Shown here: positions 63,999-64,000 of the stretch, one piece after another
How the letters are laid out: each line of letters starts with the position of its first letter
Numbering within the stretch: the stretch's first letter is position 1
IMG/VR virus record: IMGVR_UViG_3300046373_000039
Span: 1 to 64,000 of that record
From: a virus
Reading direction: 5' to 3' (one strand)
Length of the DNA stretch: 64,000 nt
Notes under the pieces: model-generated
Seen by the model: the letters and a program-made list of their open reading frames with translations, nothing else
Told to the model about the DNA's origin: nothing
Databases searched by the model: none
Translations under genes and position numbers: made by a program

Positions 63999-64000
63999 TA

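Noticed and set aside
1-64000. tRNA genes, CRISPR arrays, integrase or repressor, diversity-generating retroelement
   Set aside because: I found no cloverleaf, spaced repeat array, recombinase or reverse transcriptase motif by eye; tRNAscan-SE and HMM searches would be needed to exclude them.

Overview
This window is about 64 kb of a lytic, AT-rich tailed phage with a contractile (myovirus-type) tail. Its host is probably a Gram-negative proteobacterium, judging from the spanin pair and sigma70-type promoters. The window appears to start at or near a genome end. Layout: (1) 1-480 is non-coding and dense in host-factor-like motifs. (2) About 485-14440 (- strand) is an early region of roughly 50 mostly small ORFs driven by near-consensus sigma70 promoters; it includes a PolA-superfamily-like protein, an EF-Ts N-terminal-like mini-protein, a Zn-dependent deaminase and a Lar-like protein. 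(3) About 14577-35434 (+ strand) covers replication and nucleotide metabolism: primase-helicase, family B DNA polymerase, SSB, 5'-3' exonuclease, phosphoesterase, ThyX and NrdB/NrdA, interspersed with four HNH-type homing endonucleases. (4) About 35554-64000 (- strand) holds the late genes: terminase, portal, protease/scaffold, capsid, neck, sheath, a GIY-YIG endonuclease, tube, chaperones, tape measure, baseplate, two paralogous tail spikes and the lysis cassette. I saw no tRNA, CRISPR array, integrase or intron. Most notable: a terminal cluster of ATAG-N7-CTAT-N16-ATAG-N7-CTAT (OxyR/LysR-type) boxes next to a sigma54-like box; a second, minimal PolA-fold polymerase; an EF-Ts mimic; an endolysin replacement scar; promoters built into hairpins; and several broken small genes. 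All calls come from reading motifs by eye; no database searches were run.
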